Positions 29,077 to 39,891 of a stretch of DNA of 64,000 bases are shown here, piece after piece. The DNA lies in IMG/VR virus record IMGVR_UViG_3300006056_000001, positions 32,001 through 96,000 of that record; one strand, given 5' to 3'. Position 1 is the first letter of the stretch. Every line of letters begins with the position of its first letter. Source of the DNA: a virus (lineage: Duplodnaviria; Caudoviricetes). The notes beneath the pieces are model-generated. The model did no database searches, was not told the DNA's origin, and saw nothing but the letters and a program-made list of their open reading frames with translations. The translations under genes were made by a program, and so were the position numbers.

Positions 29077-31953
29077 TTACAAAAAAGTGACAATCACATT
29101 TGTGACAGTTTCTGTCAAATACGAAGTAGCAAAAGCTTGTGAAATTTCTGAATGTACTAGAGCAACAGGTACATTTTCCATTTGTTTATTGCTTCCTGCA
29201 GAAACAGATACGTCTTTTCTAGTCATCCTTACTGGTACAGCAGGTACACTAACACTAGCAGAAATACTAGAAGTAGCAGTAGTTGTGAATGTTGAGGGTC
29301 TTAATATTAAAGAGGAAGATTCTACAGAAGCTTGAGCATTTATACTATTTACAACAATACTTGTAGTAATAGGAGGAATTACAAATGTAGAATGTAAAGG
29401 AGCCAAGTTAAAATAATAAACACTTGTGTCTAATAGATTTTGAACTAAGTAACCTGAGAAACTAAGCAGTATTTCTTCATAGTCTCCGTTGTCTACATTA
29501 TACACATTATGAAAGTAAGTAATAAGATCATTTGCTTTTTGTATAATAGCAGAATTATTAGAATAGAGTCCCAATAGAGCTGCCTCTCTTGCTATTACAG
29601 CATACTGTATTTCAATAGTATTGTAAACGTACCACATTCGGTGGTACTTTAAGTAGTTATATGGATAGTAAGGAGCAGTATAAGTTGTATCTTCCGCGCC
29701 ACTTCTAACATCTCTTTCTTCTTCTGTTAAATGATATCCATTTCCTGCAGAAGGAGAAGCTACTGCACAGGACACGTCTGCTTCAAAATCATACGCTCTT
29801 GTAATTACTACTTCAGATCCAGTTCTAAATCTTACTACATTGCCTACAAAGAACCCTCCTGTTGCATTTTTTAGATGTATTTTAACTGCTCTTAGGTTAT
29901 TGGCGGGAGAGTCTATATATGATAAATATATTTGACCAGATCCGCCTGTTGTTAAATTTGTTACAGTTTGTAAAGCAGGAGTGCCTATAGCAGAAAGAAA
30001 AGATTGTGCTTCTGATTCAGTATTAAAATTTATACTAAAGAACCTTCTATTAGAAGTAGTCCGGCCGTCGTTATAAGCATTCATTGTGCCGTTAGCTGCT
30101 ATATCTCTAGCTATTTCTAGCATTTTTAATCCCTGTGTATCGGAAGGGGATTCATTTAATATAGCTTTAGCGGCAAAATAGAAGCCTAAGCATGTAGCTG
30201 CTTCTTCCCAAGGCCTATAGTGTGTTAATGTATTTAAGCAACCAGGAAGCTCACATGGAGTAAGTCTAGTCATAGCTCTTACTCTTTCTATTCCTCCTGG
30301 ATAAATAGTTTTGTTTAAATATTCTGATCTACTTAAATTTAAGTTATATGTTAGGGCCGTTTTCATCCATGTTTTTAATGGAGCGTATCCGGTAGACTCA
30401 TAAATGAAAGAGCCCCATTCTTGTACACGTCCTGCCGCTCTAGCAGCAAAAGTATAACTATTTACATCAGAAGGGAACCCGCCGTAGTTATCTGATCTGT
30501 TAGCATATATCCAATATCTACTGTACATTTTTAGGAACTCTAGACTAAAATAGTCCATTGTAACTAAAGCTTGTATAACAAATAATTTATTAGTATAGTG
30601 TTCTTTATCAGGACCAAATATTTTCTGATTATTTGGAACTGCTCTTGGAAGGTCATTGTCAGAATCTAGACCTCTATTGAAACCTCTATACTTCTCACCG
30701 TTGTTGGTAAACCACAAGGTACCGTTCCATATCTTACAGCCGGCATTAAAGAATGTATCCGGATCAATTGGTTGTCCTGTAGAGTCTATATACCAATTAT
30801 GACGTGTAGCTTGTTGTCTAGTGCAGAATTCTAAATAAGGTATCCAGTTATAGTTACATGTAGATAAGAAAGGCCATCCTTTCATACCATAGGCATAGTC
30901 TCTATATCCGTGGCTTCCAGCAGAAGCTGTGTCTGGGTTATTACAGTTAGTGGGCCAGTTATAAGGGTCTCTAAGGCCCTTCATAGGCCCTTCTAGGAGG
31001 TTTAATAATGTGTTGCTCCTGGACAGTGCATCTGCATCAGAGGTGATGTAGGAAGGTCTGGGAGGCATTATACCAGTAATTGGGAAGTAGGTCTTCCAAT
31101 TTTCTGACATAGCTAGTATAGGACCGTCTTGCTCTGCTAATGAAGTTGAAGAGCTATTAAAAGTTATAATTCCCTTATAGGCATGTGACATTCCAGCAGC
31201 AAATCTATTTCTTGTGGATATAAAAGGGTTTATAAGAGTATAAGTTCTATCTGTAGCAGAGTTCTCTGTTATAGAAGGTATTTTATACTCTTCCCAGTAA
31301 ATCTTTGACTTACCTCCTAATATTCTAAGGGTTACAGGACTATTTAAATTTACAAAAGGAGAGACGCCTTGGTTATTTTCAAGAGTCGGCTCAAATCTAT
31401 AATAGCCAAATCTAAAATTAAAATGTATAAAGTCTAAATTAGAATATCCATCTAAGACTAGTTCTACCCAAAAATATCTTATTTGTGGATCTAAAGAATT
31501 TGGAAAATACTTGAATAATCTAAGTCTAATAAAATGATCTTCTGGTCCAGATCCTTCTATCACATTACTGACCATTTCATTTAATGGTAAATTATACTGA
31601 ACTCCTTGTATTGTCATTTGCACAAGAAGACTACTAAAATTAGTTACTAACGCATTTGAAAGAACAAAAGGAATAGCCGTGTAAGTAGGACTTTTTGAAA
31701 TATTAACTGTTTTTTCTTCATTCCCTGCTAAATCTACTTTAAAACTTGCTTTTGCATATTTTATACCGCCGTTATCCCATCTAGCTCCTACAGGAGACCA
31801 TTGTATTTTTTGATTACTATTACCAGATAATGCTCCTGAAACAACGAGGTTATCTGTAGTTTGTAAATTTTCTGCTCTAGAAAAAGGTATTCCTAGGGTT
31901 ACTACTCCTGTTCTGGAGTTGGATGAGTTATTTTTTATTTTAGCAGTAGACAT
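29077..31953 (-). CDS. RIFT-barrel / PcRGLX-YetA-like (polysaccharide lyase-like) virion-associated protein
   Basis: N-terminal VTLGIPF...IQWSPVGARWDNGGIKY matches the RIFT-barrel pattern. Start moved to ATG 31953 because ATG 31974 lies inside the capsid terminator stem. Confidence 0.55.
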   Translation of the reverse strand: MSTAKIKNNSSNSRTGVVTLGIPFSRAENLQTTDNLVVSGALSGNSNQKIQWSPVGARWDNGGIKYAKASFKVDLAGNEEKTVNISKSPTYTAIPFVLSNALVTNFSSLLVQMTIQGVQYNLPLNEMVSNVIEGSGPEDHFIRLRLFKYFPNSLDPQIRYFWVELVLDGYSNLDFIHFNFRFGYYRFEPTLENNQGVSPFVNLNSPVTLRILGGKSKIYWEEYKIPSITENSATDRTYTLINPFISTRNRFAAGMSHAYKGIITFNSSSTSLAEQDGPILAMSENWKTYFPITGIMPPRPSYITSDADALSRSNTLLNLLEGPMKGLRDPYNWPTNCNNPDTASAGSHGYRDYAYGMKGWPFLSTCNYNWIPYLEFCTRQQATRHNWYIDSTGQPIDPDTFFNAGCKIWNGTLWFTNNGEKYRGFNRGLDSDNDLPRAVPNNQKIFGPDKEHYTNKLFVIQALVTMDYFSLEFLKMYSRYWIYANRSDNYGGFPSDVNSYTFAARAAGRVQEWGSFIYESTGYAPLKTWMKTALTYNLNLSRSEYLNKTIYPGGIERVRAMTRLTPCELPGCLNTLTHYRPWEEAATCLGFYFAAKAILNESPSDTQGLKMLEIARDIAANGTMNAYNDGRTTSNRRFFSINFNTESEAQSFLSAIGTPALQTVTNLTTGGSGQIYLSYIDSPANNLRAVKIHLKNATGGFFVGNVVRFRTGSEVVITRAYDFEADVSCAVASPSAGNGYHLTEEERDVRSGAEDTTYTAPYYPYNYLKYHRMWYVYNTIEIQYAVIAREAALLGLYSNNSAIIQKANDLITYFHNVYNVDNGDYEEILLSFSGYLVQNLLDTSVYYFNLAPLHSTFVIPPITTSIVVNSINAQASVESSSLILRPSTFTTTATSSISASVSVPAVPVRMTRKDVSVSAGSNKQMENVPVALVHSEISQAFATSYLTETVTNVIVTFL

Positions 31954-31955
31954 AA

Positions 31956-31991
31956 ATGAAATAGGGCCGTCCATAATTAAATGGACGACCC
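31956..31991 (-). terminator. Intrinsic terminator after the major capsid gene
   Basis: GGGTCGTCCAT-TTAATT-ATGGACGGCCC followed by TATTTCATTT on the minus strand. Confidence 0.65.
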
Positions 31992-32015
31992 CGTTAGTTA
32001 GTTAACTACCTGATA

Positions 32016-33362
32016 TTATACAATATCAGCAGTTAAGTCAGCATCACCTGTTAAGGAGTTGCCCAAGCCCGTGACCTGGTAGATCATACGGTTAGCGAAG
32101 TCGTAGTTCTTCGCAATCTTAATGTTCTTAAACAGACCAATAGCGCGGCCATCGTTCATTACGGCCATACCATAGCGTTCACGGAACTTCATACGCATGA
32201 TATCCTTAGAAGGATCCTTCCATTCGTCAGAAGTGACTTCCTCGTCTACAACCAAGATACCAAGTTCATTGATATCACAGAACACGAAGTCCGTTAGGTT
32301 AGTAGTAGAGTTGAAAGGCATATAAGGAGAAACAACGATGTTGAAAGACTGTGGGAACAGAGAAGGAACTCGCGTGAAAGTAGTAGCCAGGTTCTCTGGG
32401 TTACTTACGTAAGTGTTCTGGTTCAACATTGTTTGTCCCCAAGTAGGGGCATTACCTGCCTTGCCTTGTGGTAGCTGCCATAGCATATTCTGCATTCCGT
32501 GCTGGAAGCCGAATAGTCTCTGCATGCCATCTTCAGCAAAAATCTTCCAGGCGAATGGGTGCATGATTAGTGTGTTAGGGATAAATCCGCTATTTACCAT
32601 CGTGCTCCATCCCTTGAAGATGTCGTCAAGAGTTACAGTACCGTTATAAGAACCACCAGCGTCACGGCCAGTAGTGCTTGCATAAGCAGTGCTGTTGTTG
32701 TCAAAAAGTACACGGCCATTGTTAGAAATTAGATCTGCTGTCTTGCGCTCTTTTAACTGCGCTAGAGCACGACCGGCCCCTCTAACCTGCATGCTTATGA
32801 TGTCAAACTGACTGTATCGCTTTTGCTCTTCAGTTACCTGAATTGCAATACCGGACTTGCCGATGATACACTCTGTCTGGCCTCCAAGCTCCATGTTACC
32901 CGTTGGGTACTCTTCACCTTCAGCAATATCCGCAGCAGCGCCAGCGAATGCACCAAAAGTTGGGAAGGATACTCTTGTTCCTGCACTAAAATTGACTCTT
33001 GTTAAGAGTGGAGTTAGCACCAGGTTAGGGTAGATGGCTTCTCTTGCCATTGTACTTAGTACACGTGGGATCAGTAGAGGAAGATCTGTGCTGAAGTTAT
33101 CCTTCATCACTTCTCTAATCTCTAAGTCCTTCTCTAAAAGCTCTCCTAAAGAGCACTTAGTTCCCTTAGCAGTATGTCCATTTCTTTCCCAGATCTGGCG
33201 CATCGTCTTAAGGTTGGCGTGGTCCTTCTTGACTTCAGGAGCTTCATCAAATCCGAAAGAATCAGATTCTAGATCTCGCTTATCTTGTAGGGCCTTGGCC
33301 ATATTAACAAGGACCTTCTTCTGATCCTCATTGTCAAATACATCAAAATTAAGCTCTTCCAT
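32016..33362 (-). CDS. Major capsid protein (HK97-type)
   Basis: 448 aa; LIPRVLS, DIAEGEEYP, IGKSGIAIQVTEE, PNTLIMHP, MKFRERYG; AAGGAG RBS; C-ending codon bias; follows protease and decoration genes. Confidence 0.9.
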   Translation of the reverse strand: MEELNFDVFDNEDQKKVLVNMAKALQDKRDLESDSFGFDEAPEVKKDHANLKTMRQIWERNGHTAKGTKCSLGELLEKDLEIREVMKDNFSTDLPLLIPRVLSTMAREAIYPNLVLTPLLTRVNFSAGTRVSFPTFGAFAGAAADIAEGEEYPTGNMELGGQTECIIGKSGIAIQVTEEQKRYSQFDIISMQVRGAGRALAQLKERKTADLISNNGRVLFDNNSTAYASTTGRDAGGSYNGTVTLDDIFKGWSTMVNSGFIPNTLIMHPFAWKIFAEDGMQRLFGFQHGMQNMLWQLPQGKAGNAPTWGQTMLNQNTYVSNPENLATTFTRVPSLFPQSFNIVVSPYMPFNSTTNLTDFVFCDINELGILVVDEEVTSDEWKDPSKDIMRMKFRERYGMAVMNDGRAIGLFKNIKIAKNYDFANRMIYQVTGLGNSLTGDADLTADIV

Positions 33363-33380
33363 TTTGATTTGTCTCCTTTA

Positions 33381-34295
33381 TTAGATTCGGATTAGTAAGG
33401 TTAAGCCGAAGAAATCTCCAGCCGCATCCGCCTTAGCTCCTAGATAGAAGCCAGGGACACCCTTAGTACCAGAGCCAGTTAGACCAGTTAAACCTGGTAC
33501 AGTCTGAGTCTTTGAGATGTACGCTATTTCAGAATCGTACGCGGAGTTGATAGAGAATGTGCCGTTTGTTATAGACTCTAGAATTGTAGCGCCTGTAGCG
33601 GAAGCACCTCTACTATCGGATCCGATCTTTACCTTACGTAGACACTTACCTACAATACGATCGTGAATATCGTTATATAGGGCGGCGTAAGTCTTAACTG
33701 GTGCATAACGTCCTGCTAAGTGTGAACCAGCAGCGTGTGATGCATAAGTTGCGTCTGGAGCTGTGAATGCAATTCCATGACGCTTACCAGAACCTAGCAT
33801 AATCGCGTCGCCTGGCTCAATTAACCACTCATCGGAGTTAACTGCTGGGATTTGAATTACGTAGTCAGTAAGGATACCTACTGCCGTGTTACGGGTGTAG
33901 TTTGTAAAAGATGCCTGTAGGTTAAAGCTATAAACTGGCTGGTAGCATACGCCCTGAGGCTTTACACGACCAACGTTAGCAGCACCAGATGCAGTTGGAA
34001 GGCCCCAAAGGTTAGAAGAACCTACTTGTATTAGGTTTCCAGCATCTGAGTATCCTGTTCCAAGAACAGCAGGTACTAACTTTCCTTCGCCTACGGAGGC
34101 TCCACCAGTAACAATACCCACTAGGGTACCTGGTTCTAACACGATTGGATCGTGGTGTAGTTCGTCAATACGAACATGGGCTAGTCCGGTCCATGCCTCT
34201 CTTGGTAAGGAACCTGCTACAGGTCTTACACCTTCGCAAAGTTCATTGTAGTAAGGGCGGGAAACCGCATAGCCACGTGGGATTCTAATTGCCAT
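33381..34295 (-). CDS. Putative capsid decoration/auxiliary head protein
   Basis: 304 aa, Gly/Ala-rich, between protease and MCP, with the same codon bias as MCP. Confidence 0.55.
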   Translation of the reverse strand: MAIRIPRGYAVSRPYYNELCEGVRPVAGSLPREAWTGLAHVRIDELHHDPIVLEPGTLVGIVTGGASVGEGKLVPAVLGTGYSDAGNLIQVGSSNLWGLPTASGAANVGRVKPQGVCYQPVYSFNLQASFTNYTRNTAVGILTDYVIQIPAVNSDEWLIEPGDAIMLGSGKRHGIAFTAPDATYASHAAGSHLAGRYAPVKTYAALYNDIHDRIVGKCLRKVKIGSDSRGASATGATILESITNGTFSINSAYDSEIAYISKTQTVPGLTGLTGSGTKGVPGFYLGAKADAAGDFFGLTLLIRI

Positions 34296-34314
34296 GACTT
34301 AAATATTCCTCTGA

Positions 34315-35823
34315 TTAGCTAAGTCCAAAAGAAGCGTCTAAACCAGATTTAGACTTCTTATTGTTATTTTTTTCATCCTTAACAGGTTTTCCGTCTTTAG
34401 ACTTGCTCATTACAGGAGAATTTATCTTATCTCCAGAAATGATCTTGTCTGCAGGGGTTCCATTATCGGATGGTTTGGTTACTTTAGTAGATTTATCTGA
34501 CATTAAGTCAGTAATAGAATCTTGTAGAGATTCAATAGTACGAGTAGCTAGGCTATCTACATACTTGTTAAATTTCTCATCGGAGTCTATTAGTTCAGAA
34601 TCTACTTTGTTTAAATTGCTTCTAAGGGAAGCAAGGCATAATGCTAATGATTTAGACACTGCCGCCTTACCTTCTTTTGCATCCTTTTCTAGCTTAACAA
34701 TCTCATTGTCCTTAGTTGTGACCTGATTTTTTAAAGCTTCGTTTTCGGTCTTAACGGTGGAAAGTTGATCTTTTAGGCTAGATAGTTCTGCTTGAAGCGT
34801 TTCAAGGGTAACATCCATTTTCTGATCCTCTTTAGATTTATTATCTAAATTTTTTGCCTTATCAAGATTTTGCTCCACAGTTAGGACTTCCTTAGAATTT
34901 TTCTCTGGTATGTGGCCATTAGACGGCTCACTTTTAGAGGTAGATTTATCAGAAGAAATAACATGCTTGAGCTTATCTGCAATTGCAGGGCTTACTGCAA
35001 TCACTGTCTTCTTAGTATTACTTACGTATTTGTTACTAATAAGACTTAGTTCGCCCTCTTCGTCACTTAGAACTAAGTTTCGAACCGCTTCCTTTTTTCC
35101 AAGTGTCTGGCTGGCGATAATGTTGTCTTTTTTGCACCACTCTTCTTTACTGTCTTGCCAAGAAAAGTTTGTCAATTTAGCAGATGGGGAGGCAGGAAGG
35201 TTAACAAAGCTAACCTCATGATATGTCATAGGCCCTGTAACGGCCCAGCACATTCGACCCTCTGGGTCGGACTCACCTTCATCATTGTATGTTTTTCCAG
35301 GAATATGACTGCATTCTAATATAGAATCGCCACAGGTGGAACAGTGTAAAGATCTAGAACTATGTCCTGCAGAAACAGATAAATATCTTGAATCTACTAT
35401 TTTCTTTATAGATTCCGAATCTGTAATCAATGCAGTTACTGTAACTATTCCTGATCCTTTACTTCCGTTGGCGTCTGGAGTTAAGAAATCGTATTCAAAA
35501 TCTTCCCCGGACTTTAGCTGGCTATATCTTGCATCTACTATTCTTCCTATAGGATCATCTGTTAGATCATGATGCTTAAGAATAGGCTTGTCATATTCTG
35601 AGGAGCCGCCTCTTTCTTTAGAAATAAAACTCTTATATCCATCTTTAACATGAATACCAGGATATACCCGGTTATTTATGATAGTACCAGAATGGGTAGC
35701 GTCTATTTCAACTCTAAGCTTGGGCTGGCGATCTCTGTTAATTATTTGACTAACATCACTCTTTAAGCTGTCTGTTAGTAACTTTTCTAGTATTAATGAA
35801 TCTTTGAAGTTTATATTAGTCAC
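34315..35823 (-). CDS. Prohead protease fused to scaffold-like coiled coil
   Basis: KPILKHHD..DPIGRI, YLSVSAG, EVSFVNLPA; CSTCG..CSH Zn motif; coiled-coil C-terminus. Confidence 0.85.
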   Translation of the reverse strand: MTNINFKDSLILEKLLTDSLKSDVSQIINRDRQPKLRVEIDATHSGTIINNRVYPGIHVKDGYKSFISKERGGSSEYDKPILKHHDLTDDPIGRIVDARYSQLKSGEDFEYDFLTPDANGSKGSGIVTVTALITDSESIKKIVDSRYLSVSAGHSSRSLHCSTCGDSILECSHIPGKTYNDEGESDPEGRMCWAVTGPMTYHEVSFVNLPASPSAKLTNFSWQDSKEEWCKKDNIIASQTLGKKEAVRNLVLSDEEGELSLISNKYVSNTKKTVIAVSPAIADKLKHVISSDKSTSKSEPSNGHIPEKNSKEVLTVEQNLDKAKNLDNKSKEDQKMDVTLETLQAELSSLKDQLSTVKTENEALKNQVTTKDNEIVKLEKDAKEGKAAVSKSLALCLASLRSNLNKVDSELIDSDEKFNKYVDSLATRTIESLQDSITDLMSDKSTKVTKPSDNGTPADKIISGDKINSPVMSKSKDGKPVKDEKNNNKKSKSGLDASFGLS

Positions 35824-37949
35824 TTGGGCTCCTGCGGCTTAACAAAGCTTAAGAAAAAATTTGCATTATCTTCAGTAGGCATAAATTTTTTGTATATTAG
35901 GTCGCTTATATCAAGTCCGGTACTCTCAAAAGTATCAGGATTAACGAGATCAATTGTTTTGCTGCCTACTTTTTTAGCAAATTTTATAAATCCAAATCTT
36001 TCTGCTGTTATTAGCTGTATATCAGTCAGATTTTTTATATCTTTATACAAATTATCTAATGCTTTAAACAAAGGCTTCACATCTACGTTATTATCTTTGT
36101 CACCTGACAAGTAAGACATAACTTCGTCTTTGTAAGGATTTAGTATTTTCCAGAAGGATTTATTTATAAAGTTAGTGTAAAACCTATCAATAGCTCTATT
36201 TCCTATTTCTTCAAAGTCTATATCAGAATCAGGATAAAAACTATCATATTGCTTCTTAGCTTTCTTATGTCCTTCTTCAATACAAATGTCTACGTATTCT
36301 TTTGAACTATCATAGCACTCTTTTACAAAATCTCTAAAGTAGTCTTCTACTAAAGAAATATCTGTAACATCGTTAGAAAGATCTATGATTTTTGTTTTTA
36401 GTTCTTTTACTTTATCTTCTATACAATCAAAATAATCATTGGCCTTAAATCTACTCTTAGCAGGTTTAGTTCCATATTGATTCTTTGGCTGACCTTTGTT
36501 AGAGACTTGTGCTTTTACAGCTTTCATTAGATCAGAGCCACCGCTTGCAGCGGCTCTAACAGATCCTTGTACTCTAACAATTTCTTTCTGTGCTTCTGTT
36601 TGCTGTTTAAGAGATATGTCATTTTTCTCTTCTTCAGACAGAGGCTGTTTATTAAGATACTGCTTTCTAAATTCAGATGCAGTAATTGCATTTGCCATAA
36701 AGAGCTGAGTACCGTGGTTTTGGTTTGCTCTTTCTTCTTCCCTGTCTATTGTTGGGAAGGTGAATCTAACCATGTTATCCTCTAAAACATCAAATCCACC
36801 CTCTAAAAGTAGAGGAAGAATAACAAAGTGAGTTAGATGGTCAGAAATTACTTGTTGATAGTCTTTAGCAGAATCCTGTAGTCCTTTATTTAAGTTGGTT
36901 GCTGTTCCTCTTGAGAAAGCTCCACCACGACCTAAATCTAGAGGAGAAAGGCGTAAGCCTGCTACAACTCTAGCTTCAAAGTAGTCTAAATAAGGCCCTA
37001 AATCAAGGGCTGCGCCCTCACGGCTAACTAGCTTAACTTCATGTCTTTCACTAGTTACAATGAAACCTTGTGCTGGAAGTGTGGTTACTTGATCTGCAAC
37101 CATATCTACTTCTGAGCCGCCGCCTTCAAACAGAGTAGCTGGCTTAGTTTCTGTTCCTACTTTATAGTGATAAAGAGGAAATGCTTCTTTACCAGCCATA
37201 ATAATAGCTACTTCTTCTAGCTTTCTTAATGCTCTAATATCATCTAATACAGGAAGTAAGTAAGGAGTGCCGAATGTAAATCCTGTTTTCTTATCTAATG
37301 TAATATGTACTACATCTTCAACAGCGTATGTTTTTGAATAACTACTATCTCCATCTCCGTCTATTTTCTGTCTCCAAGCTTTAGGTGTGCCATACTTATC
37401 AACAGAGACTTCCATAGTTGTTGGATCACCAACAAATATTCCTGCTATAGGATCTAGTTCTATTCCGTATACTTTTATTCTTTTTCCGCTTGATCTATTA
37501 GGGTCACGTCTAAATATTAAATATGCATTATGAAAAGTAATAAGATTTGTAACTAATTCTCTAAGCCACTGTTCTGTAGTAATCCCTGTTAAAAGTGTTA
37601 TTTCAAATAATCTTTGCTTAATATAAGAAATCATAGCCTCATCAGAACCAGATATTTGATAGCCTTCTTTTAGAATCTGTTCTCTGTGCTTTCGAACCGA
37701 TTGTGAAATATAAGGCTCTATATCTGATGCTCTAGAGATCTCTGCTAGATCATAAACAGGAGGATTAAACTTAGATCTAGGCGTTACTCTTAAATCTCCA
37801 GCGCCCTTAAATTCATAGCTTCTTACTCTGCCGAGCATCTTCGTTTTACGCTCTAAAGCAGAAGTTATCTCTTTCTTTCGGGCTCCTGAAACTATTAGTT
37901 TTATGTCTTTGCCTAATAGGGGGGATTCAAGATATATAGGATCAACCAT
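35820..37949 (-). CDS. Portal protein
   Basis: 709 aa; DPTTM, EDVVHI, FGTPYLLPVLDDIRALRKLEE, PLYHYKVG; between terminase and protease. Confidence 0.85.
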   Translation of the reverse strand: MVDPIYLESPLLGKDIKLIVSGARKKEITSALERKTKMLGRVRSYEFKGAGDLRVTPRSKFNPPVYDLAEISRASDIEPYISQSVRKHREQILKEGYQISGSDEAMISYIKQRLFEITLLTGITTEQWLRELVTNLITFHNAYLIFRRDPNRSSGKRIKVYGIELDPIAGIFVGDPTTMEVSVDKYGTPKAWRQKIDGDGDSSYSKTYAVEDVVHITLDKKTGFTFGTPYLLPVLDDIRALRKLEEVAIIMAGKEAFPLYHYKVGTETKPATLFEGGGSEVDMVADQVTTLPAQGFIVTSERHEVKLVSREGAALDLGPYLDYFEARVVAGLRLSPLDLGRGGAFSRGTATNLNKGLQDSAKDYQQVISDHLTHFVILPLLLEGGFDVLEDNMVRFTFPTIDREEERANQNHGTQLFMANAITASEFRKQYLNKQPLSEEEKNDISLKQQTEAQKEIVRVQGSVRAAASGGSDLMKAVKAQVSNKGQPKNQYGTKPAKSRFKANDYFDCIEDKVKELKTKIIDLSNDVTDISLVEDYFRDFVKECYDSSKEYVDICIEEGHKKAKKQYDSFYPDSDIDFEEIGNRAIDRFYTNFINKSFWKILNPYKDEVMSYLSGDKDNNVDVKPLFKALDNLYKDIKNLTDIQLITAERFGFIKFAKKVGSKTIDLVNPDTFESTGLDISDLIYKKFMPTEDNANFFLSFVKPQEPK

Positions 37950-39891
37950 TTAGATTTTCTCTTAAAGCGGACGTAAGGCTATTTATCAGATTATTGATTC
38001 TTTCCTGTTGGTCAGGAGTATAACAATTACCTTTGCCTTTCTCAGTATTTTGCTCGGGGATTATTCCATAAGAAAATTTTAATCTACTACTTTGTTTAGT
38101 AGTAATATCAGGAAAATGCTTTTGTACATCTTCTGACTTCATAGGAAGAACAGGCGGGATATCTCCTAAAATAGTAAATATTGCTTGGTCAAAATTTGAA
38201 TCAGTATCTGTAAGATCATTGTTTGGTCTTACTGATCTATTTTTTGAATCAAGTTCGCATGTATTTGCTAAATCAAGTCTAGCGGCCAATACTTCCAATA
38301 TTCTAGCTATTCCAAGTAGATGTCTTCTATCTGCAGCAATCTTCCAGCTTCCGTCCGACGCCAATCCAAAATTACCTATTATAGTACTTATATCTCTTAT
38401 TAAAGCATTTACTTGATCAAATATAGCACGCACAGAATGTAGTAATGCCCATCCAAGGGTAAGCATTCCGTTACATGCAGGTAGGTTTTCAAAATCTGTA
38501 GTAAATGTCTTCGTTATCTTATCTGCTATCTTGTAATAAAATTTATTAATATCTTTAGCTATTTCAAATAAAGCATCTTGAGCCAGGTTAGCTAAGAAAG
38601 AAGATATAATATTTTGTATTCTTACTATTTCGCCTGATAGGTCTGTAGCTAATATTCTTAATAAGCTTGCTATAGTATACATTACTTCTGGATTACCTAT
38701 TGCACCAAATATCTGAACTAAGCAACACATGTCCCTATCTGTAAGTTGATATATAAAAGAACTTAATATATCATCATAAAGATTATTGCTATTTTCTTTT
38801 AAAGACCTAGTTGCACTAGCTAGTTGTATAAACATCTTGCTTGTTTTTCTAGGTTGATTAAAAATACTAGCTCCTTCTTCAGGAGTATTTTGAGAAGGAG
38901 AGTACTGTTGTTTGTAAGATTGGAATTTAGGAGAAAACTCTGAAGAGGTATTTAATGCACCTCTAATAGTTTGCTGATTTTGTGCAACGTTTAGGTATGC
39001 TATCCAATGGTCTATACTTAGATGACTGTTTGGGCCTACTAAGCCTCCATATCTTCTATAGTACTCATTTACATACTTAATTATTTCTTCTGAGTCAATA
39101 AATTCTTTGCTTTTCTTTAACTCGTCATAATCTAGACCAATAGTTTTTAACGCGGCTGCTCTAGCTGTATCAGAACTAGATAGCTCTTCTATTTGTTTTT
39201 CTACTAGAGGAGTAGATATATTGCTCTTCTTAAGAGCATTAATTATTCTTTCTGCTTTTATACCTAGTTCTAAAAATAAAGCAATACCAGCAGGAATTTG
39301 TGATATCTGAATTCCTTTAGCTCCCTGCTCTACTCCTAAAGCTTGAAAAATAATAGTCTGAAAAGGAGATATAGTAAGCATTCCTAAAATAGTACTAATA
39401 ATACCATTTTGAGAAACAAACTCTTTTAACATGGATTCTGGTTTAGGAGAATTACTTATTTTTTCTGTAGTTTCTTGAGTAGTCTGTGCTACAGAAGCAG
39501 GAAGCTTCATTTTTATAGCAGTCCCTCTTATCTCCCATTTCTTTGCTAATATAATGTCTACAGCTTTTTGATATAGAGAATAGGTTATTATAGATCCTTC
39601 TTTGGACTCTTCTTTGTTAAGTCTAATGGCTGCAGCCCTAGTAGAATCACAAGCTTCTTCTATAGGAATATATTGAGCGGGGTCCATTTTAGATAGACCC
39701 TCTTTTAACTTATTGCCTTTTAAATATGTTTTTGCTAAATCTGTAAATATTTGATCAATTAACTGTTCTCTTTCATCTTCATTACCAAAAGCATCATAAT
39801 CTAGATTATCTTTAAAATGCTCAATAGTACCTAAGTCTGTTAATTTTCTAGGTCTAGCAAAATTAGGCCGGCCATTATACTCTATACTCAT
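37942..39891 (-). CDS. Hypothetical helical protein between terminase and portal
   Basis: 649-aa ORF coupled to both neighbours. Confidence 0.55.
   Translation of the reverse strand: MSIEYNGRPNFARPRKLTDLGTIEHFKDNLDYDAFGNEDEREQLIDQIFTDLAKTYLKGNKLKEGLSKMDPAQYIPIEEACDSTRAAAIRLNKEESKEGSIITYSLYQKAVDIILAKKWEIRGTAIKMKLPASVAQTTQETTEKISNSPKPESMLKEFVSQNGIISTILGMLTISPFQTIIFQALGVEQGAKGIQISQIPAGIALFLELGIKAERIINALKKSNISTPLVEKQIEELSSSDTARAAALKTIGLDYDELKKSKEFIDSEEIIKYVNEYYRRYGGLVGPNSHLSIDHWIAYLNVAQNQQTIRGALNTSSEFSPKFQSYKQQYSPSQNTPEEGASIFNQPRKTSKMFIQLASATRSLKENSNNLYDDILSSFIYQLTDRDMCCLVQIFGAIGNPEVMYTIASLLRILATDLSGEIVRIQNIISSFLANLAQDALFEIAKDINKFYYKIADKITKTFTTDFENLPACNGMLTLGWALLHSVRAIFDQVNALIRDISTIIGNFGLASDGSWKIAADRRHLLGIARILEVLAARLDLANTCELDSKNRSVRPNNDLTDTDSNFDQAIFTILGDIPPVLPMKSEDVQKHFPDITTKQSSRLKFSYGIIPEQNTEKGKGNCYTPDQQERINNLINSLTSALRENLNG

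Noticed and set aside
31954-31974. ORF-track start (MDGPISF) of the 965-aa gene
   Set aside because: That ATG lies in the 3' arm of the capsid terminator hairpin; ATG 31953 is more plausible.
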